Shown here: one piece after another, positions 47,501 to 59,612 of the stretch
Layout: the number at the start of each line of letters is the position of its first letter
Position numbering within the stretch: position 1 is the first letter of the stretch
From: Macrostomum lignano
Lineage: Eukaryota
Reading direction: 5' to 3'
NCBI GenBank assembly: GCA_002269645.1
Contig: NIVC01000098.1
Location: forward strand, 1 to 59,612
Length of the DNA: 59,612 nucleotides
Program-made: the position numbers and the translations under genes
Notes under the pieces: model-generated
Databases searched by the model: none
Told to the model about the DNA's origin: nothing
The model's input: the letters and a program-made list of their open reading frames with translations, nothing else

Positions 47501-49581
47501 ATTGTTAAGTAAAATTTTTGAGGAAAAAACTTCATTATAACTCTAAACCTAGTTGCTCTTACAATAGTTTGAGCAACACGAGTTAGTCAGTTAGTTAGTT
47601 AGTTAGTTAATTAGTTAGTGAGTGAGTTAGTTAATTAGTTAGTTAGATTGTTTGTTAGTTAGTTTGTTTGTTAAAGCTATAAAGCCGGTGGGATCAGATA
47701 GATATCTTAGATCGGTTTGCAGCCGTCCGTAGAGCAGGCAGGTGTAAGTGTTTTTGGGTTCGAAAAATTTCCAAAATATCTTGTCGGACAACAACCTACG
47801 CTTCAATCATCCCTTTGTCACCATTCCGTCCCTTCAGGCCGGTACTTGCTTATCCAATTCACAGCGATGTCCGCGCGATGCGGCCCTTGAAGCACATACA
47901 TACATCAGCATTCGCGTAGCAAGTTTTAACGAGGTAATCCTCGTCTCCATATTGTCCCCGCTAATCATATTGGCTTGGTCACGTAGCACCTTTAGAGCAC
48001 TATAGCTAATAAATTTTCCCACCTGACCAGCTCTCCACAGACGGTACCAACTGGACTCGATGTGCTCGATGTGCCCCCTAACCGGCTCCGTTCAAAACGA
48101 ACCCAGGTGCCTTGTCTGCCCCATCCGCTTATCGAATCGTGTGAGATCCCACACTTGGATGAACCACACTCTTTTCTTTCGTCCAAACACATGTACATGT
48201 ATAATTTACATTTTGTATGGTATTTTTAATGCCGACACAAACTTGACGTCATCACAGCCATCGTGATACACACATGTAGCCGAATCGAAGAGATTAAACA
48301 AATTAAAAAAGTTACAATTTTTTTGTTAAAAGTACAAAAACGATTTATTGCCAAGCAGAAGCAGTAAAACAAAGAGTATATTAACGCAAAACAGTCAAAA
48401 AGAAAATCTTAACACAACACTATATTATCGAAATCAGTCGCGAAAACAAAGTTAAAATTGCTTTCCGCAACTTAGCTGGCCGGCCAAAACGTTCGATAAG
48501 ATTAGCTGAAAGGAAACGAAAAGTTCAAATCAATATTTTTACAAAGCAAATCTATATTTTAAGGATGAAAGTTGAATTACAGAATGAGTAAGGCGACAGA
48601 CTTTAATCCGATTTTACAGCAGAATCATCATTTAGCAAGCAGTCGGCACTTTTCAATTAAACAGTAATATTATATATGCTTCAAGGGAAACAGAGTTTAG
48701 TCCATATTACAAGTGCTGCACCGTTAGATCGCATTATTAATTAAGACATAACATTAGTAACAATTATTACTATACAAGACAAAAGTGAATCATTTGATAG
48801 GAAATTCAAATTAACTACTGAAAACATCGTGTATTGTTCTAAGGCAGTAGAAATGATTAATTACAATATCATTTTCAGCACTTATTAGCTTGCATGATAT
48901 AAGTGGAGTCTCATTGACTGTTATAAGAATATTATGAGCAATGCAATACTGAGTCGCAATGAGGCGCAGACGAAATTCTAATTATTACAAGTAAATTGAC
49001 AGTTTGCGAATAGTTCGATGCAAACTGTATAAACCGGGTTGGAATAGCAATTAAAGTGGTTGATTATTAATTAATGAGCAAATGAAGGTATTAGGGAGAA
49101 CGAGGCTCTTATTGAAGACTTTGATAGCAAGGGGACTTTACAGAAGTTAAGAGTGTTTTTAAATGACTTTCTTGCAAAACTTCGTCTAACCCACAGATAC
49201 TAAAATGACTAAATGGGCCACTCAGGCATATACTTAGTAAAACAGCTTTCTACTTCATGTCAGTAGCAAAGAAGAATACATAAGCTATTTTATAAAAATA
49301 AAGGCAGCTTAAACGACTTTGATAAGTTTAGAAGCCCAAGCTTGCAGGCGTAAACAACTTGCTAATTGGTTCAGCTCAGCAATAATGTACATTGGCCAGT
49401 CCACTGGAATGTACATGGCGGCTTTAGGCTGGAATTCCGAGAAAGGCAATAAAAATTGGGGCGGGGCGGGGGCAGTGTGGAAAGGCGCGGTTGGAGGGTT
49501 TAAGCTGGGGGTCAGGGCCAATAAATGAGCCTTGGCTTTAAAATACATTAAAATGCTTCCGTTTAACTTGCTACTGAACTG

Positions 49582-49690
49582 AAAGTAGCTTACACGCAAA
49601 TGTGCTGAGTAGCCCATCTAGTAATTCTAGTATCGATATCTGTGGTCTAACCATGCGCAATTCTGCTTAACTTTCAGCACTGAGTTAGTC
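49582..49690 (-). pseudogene. Degenerate 5S rRNA-derived fragment (3' half) with an internal insertion
   Basis: CCCATC...CTAACCATGCGCAATTCTGCTTAACTTTC resembles the reverse complement of the 5S internal control region (CCCATCC...CTAACCAGGCCCGACCCTGCTTAGCTTCC). Confidence 0.4.
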
Positions 49691-50214
49691 AAGTCAACAA
49701 GCTGTGAGGAAAAAATTGACAACAGCAATGTGAATTTCCTTAATATTTGTCACTTGTCTATGGCCAAACTCCACTGGATGTCTCACTGGAAATAAACGAC
49801 TTTTTTTCTGAGGGACGCCAACCATAGATCGCTGTTTCTCGTCACTTGTGCGGAAAAAGCCGACATGGGATGCTTAAATTTTGAGTTCAGTAGCTTAAGG
49901 ACATAGACGCTATTTTTTGAGAATGTGATCGAAATTTTCATGAATTAAAAAAATAGCTACTCAATCAAACTAAGAATGATGCATGCACTGCACAGACTAC
50001 TGACGACATTGAGTTCAGTAGTTATGGTTTTCGCGCTGTCGCGAGTTGCAAATTTTTTCTTATAAGCTTTTATGGCCACATAAATGGTTAACGAGTGGCC
50101 CATCATGTGTATATATATATGATCTTGGGGCCAACAAATGAAAGCACGTGACTTGCCCAGAGCAAATTTTCCATCTATTATATTTTCATATATTAATAAT
50201 AATAGTAATATCTG

Positions 50215-50477
50215 CAGGACGGTTACTGGCACCCTGGCGTAATGCCTTCAAAGACATCGTCCCACAGCCAGCGCTGACGGCAATTCTGCCCATTCCACTG
50301 ACTCCTGAGCACAATACAAGGCCGCTAATACTGTACGCAGTCACAGCACTCACACACACGCTCACACAGGGTGTACAGCGGCCATGACTTTCTAATCGTC
50401 AGGCATGTACACTCTGCCTTGGGAGCTGAATTTTGAACCAGGGGTCGCGGCGCGAGAGTCGGACGCGTCTATCGCTG
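50215..50477 (-). mobile_element. tRNA-derived SINE, shares its central domain with 30816-31117
   Basis: Head AGCTCAGCGATAGACGCGTCCGACTC...CCTGGTTCAAAATTC (A/B-box-like), then the shared body. Confidence 0.65.
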
Positions 50478-50579
50478 AGCTTTATCTTAGCAAAAATAAC
50501 CACTCTAATCAGGTTAGCCAACCATTAAATTAGACGTTTTTATGCGCACTTCTTTATGAGCAATCAGAATCCGCGCCCT

Positions 50580-50949
50580 TTACACAGCAGGCCTGCGCTG
50601 ATAAACGCACATTGGCACGCCGCCAACCATAGGCGGAGCCGCGGCGGTTGCCGTCGACGTGGACGATGGTGCGGAGCCAGAGGCGGCGGTGGCGGCTTTG
50701 GCAATGTCGAACACCTCTAGCAGGAGGGGGTCGACCTCGGCCGGATTGACGTGCAGCAGGAGACGGCCGTGACCGCCAGCCAGGTCGTGCAGCTCCTCCA
50801 TTGCCGACAGAATCCGGGGCAGCAGGCGTCGTGCTTCGGTGAAGCCGCAGCGGCCTTCTAAGTAGTGCTTCAGCAGGCAGATGTATCTGGGTGAATGGGT
50901 CAACCCAATTGCCAACATTACACGCACGAGCCTATTAATGGGACTATAA

Positions 50950-51000
<51 letters not shown>

Positions 51001-51075
51001 GGCAGGCAGACAGACAGACAGACAGACAGTCAGACAGACAGTCAGACAGACAGACAGACAGACAGACAGACAGTC

Positions 51076-51120
<45 letters not shown>

Positions 51121-51203
51121 GTCAGACAGACAGACAGACAGTCAGACAGACAGACAGACAGACAGACAGTCAGACAGACAGACAGACAGTCAGACAGACA
51201 GTC

Positions 51204-51264
<61 letters not shown>

Positions 51265-51267
51265 GTC

Positions 51268-51311
<44 letters not shown>

Positions 51312-53257
51312 CCCCACGAGTCGCACCTGTCCTGCACATCGGCCACAGCGCTCCGGTCGGTGACGTTAGGCCTATCGGGGGTGAACAGTGCCAGCACCTG
51401 CACCAGCGGCACCAGGAACGGGTCCCGCAGCAAGTCTTTAAACAGGCGGCAGAATTTCAAATGATCGTCGTGCAGCTCGGCAAAGCCGGGTATGTCCTTC
51501 AGGATGGCGGTTGGCACGTCGCCTTTCGGTGTAACCCAGACGTCGCGTTCCCGATCGTAGTGCACCGCGGAGCGCAGGAACAGCGTCCCGATGACGGCGC
51601 CCTTCAACAGAGCAATCTGGCAGGCCTGGCCCAGGCCGATAAAATCTGGCAGCTTCTTAGCGAACAGAATGAGCTTCTTAACTATGAAACAGGACGAGTT
51701 CACCAGGGTGTTCAGATTGCGACACCCGGCCGGAGTGGCGTCCTCGGACGTGTCCGAGAAGCTGAGCTCGTACGCCTGGTGCAAGTCGGACACCGCTAGC
51801 CACTGTTCGTGCGTGAGAGAGCGGCAGCCACCGGCCGCGTGCAGTGCGGGGTTCAGCACCATCTGCTGCTGCACGGCTGCTGCTGCGGCAGGGCCGGGCG
51901 CCGCTGCTGCTGGGGTCGGCATTGGCGACGTCAACGGTTCCTCGGTGGCAGGAATGTGCAGAGAAGGCTGCTGCTGAGGCAGCTGGAGAGGCTGTTGTTG
52001 TGGTTGTTGCTGCTGTGGATGCTGCTGCTGCTGTTGCTGCTGCAGTTGCGGCGGCGCCTCTCGTCTCAGTTTCTTACCGCGAACTTCATCAGCGTTAACT
52101 AGCTCCGGTCGCATGCCAACCTGTATGCATTTTTGTAGCCGACAATGGGTGCAAAATCGCCTGGTTGCCACGGTAACGGAACAGTTCTGGGTGAACATGC
52201 AGGCTGGCACCTGGTGTTTGATTGAGTGTAGCGGCTTCCTTGATATTGCTTCGTGTGAGACCAATGGAAACAGCACGGTTTTAATAACTCAAAGCAATTT
52301 TTATTCTACAGAATTCCTGTCCTACAGAACTCCTGTCCTACAGACCTGTCCTACAGACCTGTTCTACAGACCTGTTCTACAGACCTGTCATACAGAACTG
52401 TCCTACTGAACTGTCCTACAGCCATGTCCTACAGACATGTCCTACAGACATGTCCTACAGACATGTCCTACAGAACTCCTCTCCTAAAAAACTCCTGTTC
52501 TACAGAACTCCTGTCTTACAGAATTTCTATCAAACAAATCTTACAACACTACAATGCTACAGCACCACAATGCTACAGCACCACGTCCTACAGCACCACA
52601 ATGCTACAGCACCACAATGCTACAGCACCACAATGCTACAGCACACGTCCTACAGCACCACAATGCTACAGCACCACAATGCTACAGCACCACGTCCTAC
52701 AGCACCACAATGCTACAGCACCACAATGCTACAGCACCACAATGCTACAGCACCACAATGCTACAGCACCACAGTCCTACAGCACCACAATCTCTCCCAG
52801 AAGCATTTGCTCCTGACTTTCAGTTTTGAGGACCCTGCGACCACATTCAACAAATCAAAAACTGACTCACATCCTGCTTGAGCGCATTCCGCCGAAAGAA
52901 CGCCTTGCAACTTTCGCAGCTGATGGCGTCGAAATTAAAGCCTAACGCTTTGTCGCCGCAGACTCGGCACACTTTAACGTCTTTGCGCCGAACGCCGCTG
53001 CAGCCGCCGACGCTGTCAGTCGCGCTGACAGCAGCATGCATCGACTGCGGATTCTCGGTTGTCGAAGGCACCGCAGTCTGGTCGGCCAGCTCTCCAATAA
53101 AAGGGGCCGCCGCGGCGGCGCCAACGTCAATGTTTTCGTCGTTGTCTGAGTCGCGCGGCTCCGACTTGCTCAACGACAGAACGGCGGGAGCCGACGCCGT
53201 CGGTGCCTCCGCTGCCGACTCTGAATTTGCTGGCGATGATCTATTCAGCATCATCAT
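50580..53257 (-). CDS. HR96: Nuclear hormone receptor, NR1J/HR96 (DAF-12/NHR-8-related) type; exons 53257-52871, 52210-51327, 50886-50580
   Basis: DBD CRVCGDKALGFNFDAISCESCKAFFRRNA (ESCKA P-box) and CMFTQNC...RRFCTHCRLQKC; poly-Q hinge; LBD FAKKLPDF..L...QIALLKG, RYICLLKHYL, VDPLLLEVFD (AF-2). Subfamily is supported; the exact paralog is not resolved. Confidence 0.85.
50950..51311. repeat. (GACA)n microsatellite in nuclear receptor intron 2
   Basis: Seen directly. Confidence 0.95.
52310..52790. repeat. Two adjacent minisatellites (TCCTACAGA-type, then 16-nt GCTACAGCACCACAAT) in nuclear receptor intron 1
   Basis: Visible periodicity. Confidence 0.85.
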
Positions 53258-53485
53258 GGCTGCCGATATTCGTGCAGAAATTCTCTGATATTAGTGGCTT
53301 CCTGCGCTGCAAATAAAAAGGTGAAGTTACTGTAAATGCGAGTATGCAGTATGTTAAATATAAAATTCTTTTTTGAACGTTCTTGTCTGAATTTACAGCC
53401 TACACAACACATCAATACAGTACGGGAAGGTAAAAACCGATAGAAACCGGTAAATGACAGGTAAAGATAAGAAGGCCAAGAGAGA

Positions 53486-53628
53486 GACAGACAGCCAGAC
53501 AGCCAGATAGAGAAAGACAGACAGACAGACAGACAGACAGACAGCCAGACAGCCAGATAGAGAAAGACAGACACGGAGACAGACACTCAGACAGACAGCC
53601 AGACAGCCAGACAGAGAAAGACAGACAC

Positions 53629-53675
<47 letters not shown>

Positions 53676-53735
53676 GCCAGACAGAGAAAGACAAAAAGAC
53701 AGAAGGACAGACAGACAGAGAGACAGACAGACAGA
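53486..53735. repeat. Degenerate (GACA)n tract upstream of the nuclear receptor ATG
   Basis: Seen directly. Confidence 0.9.
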
Positions 53736-54239
53736 TGATAAGAGAGATAGCCGTGCGGGTAAAATAGGGGTTTAAACAACATAGTAAACATTAAATGGCC
53801 GAAATCAACACATTAGTACTTTGTACAGGACTAATTACTGCGACAGGTAAATATGATAAAAAATGACTTAATTCTACTCGCAAAGACATCGGCATTGCTA
53901 ATAAATTGCTTATTGAATCAACGATCCGTGTGGCGGAGCGATATGAAATGCTTTGTATCCAATTTCTTTCTGCTATCTCTTGCAATACTACTTATAATTT
54001 ATCAAGTAATATCGAACGAACAAAATAGAAAAATAGAGCATCCAGAATGGGCAAAACGAAGGACTTGGGCGTACACATTCAGTACATAATGCGCGTATGT
54101 GACATACAGTTTTGCAAATGAATCAAATGTACTAATTTAGTTACTAAAATATGAAAATTGGCAGTACAAAAGTAAGCCACCATCCAAATCAGGGTGATTA
54201 TTTGTCTGGATCAAGAGGTTTTTAAGGGATTATGCAGAC

Positions 54240-54850
54240 GGGAAAAAGGGGAGGGGATGGAGGGAGGGGATAGACAGAGGAAGGGATAGGCAGGAGACAG
54301 GAGGGGATAGACAGGGGGGATAGACAGGGAAGAGGATAGACAGGAGGCGATAGGCAGGTGAGGGATAGACAGGGGAGGGGATAGACAGGGGAGGGGATAG
54401 ACAGGAGAGGGGTAGACAGGAGAGGGGATAGACAGGAGAGGGGATAGACAGGAGGGGATAGACAGTAGGGATAGACAGGGAAGAGGATAGACAGGAGGCG
54501 ATAGGCAGGGGAGGGGATAGACAGGGGAGAGGATAGACAGGGGAGGGATAGACAGGGGAGGGGATAGACAGGAGAGGGGATAGACAGGGGAGGGGATAGA
54601 CAGGAGAGGGGATAGACAGGGGAGGGGATAGACAGGAGAGGGGATAGACAGGAGAGGGGATAGACAGGGGAGGGGATAGACAGGAGAGGGGATAGACAGG
54701 AGGGGATAGGCAGGGGAGGGGATAGACAGGAGGGGATAGGCAAGGGAGGGGATAGACAGGAGGGATAGACAGGGGAGAGGATAGACAGGAGGGGATAGGC
54801 AAGGGAGGGGATAGACAGGAAGGGATAGGCAGGGGAGGGGATAGACGGAG
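54240..54850. repeat. Purine-rich 14-16-nt minisatellite (GGGGATAGACAGGAG)
   Basis: Visible periodicity between USP30 and the nuclear receptor. Confidence 0.9.
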
Positions 54851-55004
54851 AGAAGGAAGCAAGAGGAGTAAAGGGGCCGGGCCGGGACAAACAGACGAGA
54901 GGGAAGACAGAGAAAGGGAAGAATATAATGATTACTAATTAGCACTATAAAAAACTTATTGGCCGTCCAGCCGGTCGCCATGGCAATCAGTAGCAGACGC
55001 GGGT

Positions 55005-59414
<4,410 letters not shown>

Positions 59415-59612
59415 GACGCCCGGGCCAACCAGGGCGCGCCTAGCTGGGCTGTGGACAGAGCGCACCAGCAGTGGCAGAAGTTATTTGTTAGTAATATTCT
59501 CCATTAAATATTTGTTCCTTATATTTGCAGACTCATAAGTATTCAAACAAAAAAACTATGACAATGGAATTGCGCCGCTATCACAACCCCTAAAAGTCAA
59601 TTCTCTAAAAGC

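Noticed and set aside
47748-48266. Cluster of short ORFs on both strands
   Set aside because: No domain recognised and no consistent frame or gene structure.

Overview
Eukaryotic (animal) genomic DNA with GC-rich exons, AT-rich spacers and abundant microsatellites/minisatellites. The style (poly-Q/A coding, (GACA)n/(GATA)n introns) suggests a Macrostomum-type free-living flatworm; this is inference and was not verified. Hand-built, frame-checked models give eight protein-coding genes: an orphan Q/P-rich gene (+), mitochondrial ferredoxin FDX2 (+), palmitoyltransferase ZDHHC12 (+), PC4/SUB1 (-), QDPR (-), eRF1/ETF1 (-), an NR1J/HR96-type nuclear receptor (-) and USP30 (-). There are also two intact tRNA-Arg(UCU) genes, two Merlin (IS1595-like) DNA transposons with TIRs and 8-bp TSDs, other non-autonomous DNA elements, three tRNA-derived SINEs, a foldback-like element and many tandem repeats. 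The best lead is the eRF1 3' end. A UAG-C stop is followed by a GC-rich hairpin, 36 open codons and a second stop. A predicted 3'UTR intron starts 132 nt after the normal stop but only 21 nt after the readthrough stop. This is the readthrough/NMD autoregulatory layout known from plant and Neurospora eRF1, and I do not know of it in animals. The second lead is transposon-rich blocks with extreme CpG loss plus repeated CpA>TpA hits, a RIP-like signature. All gene models and introns are predictions from sequence only.
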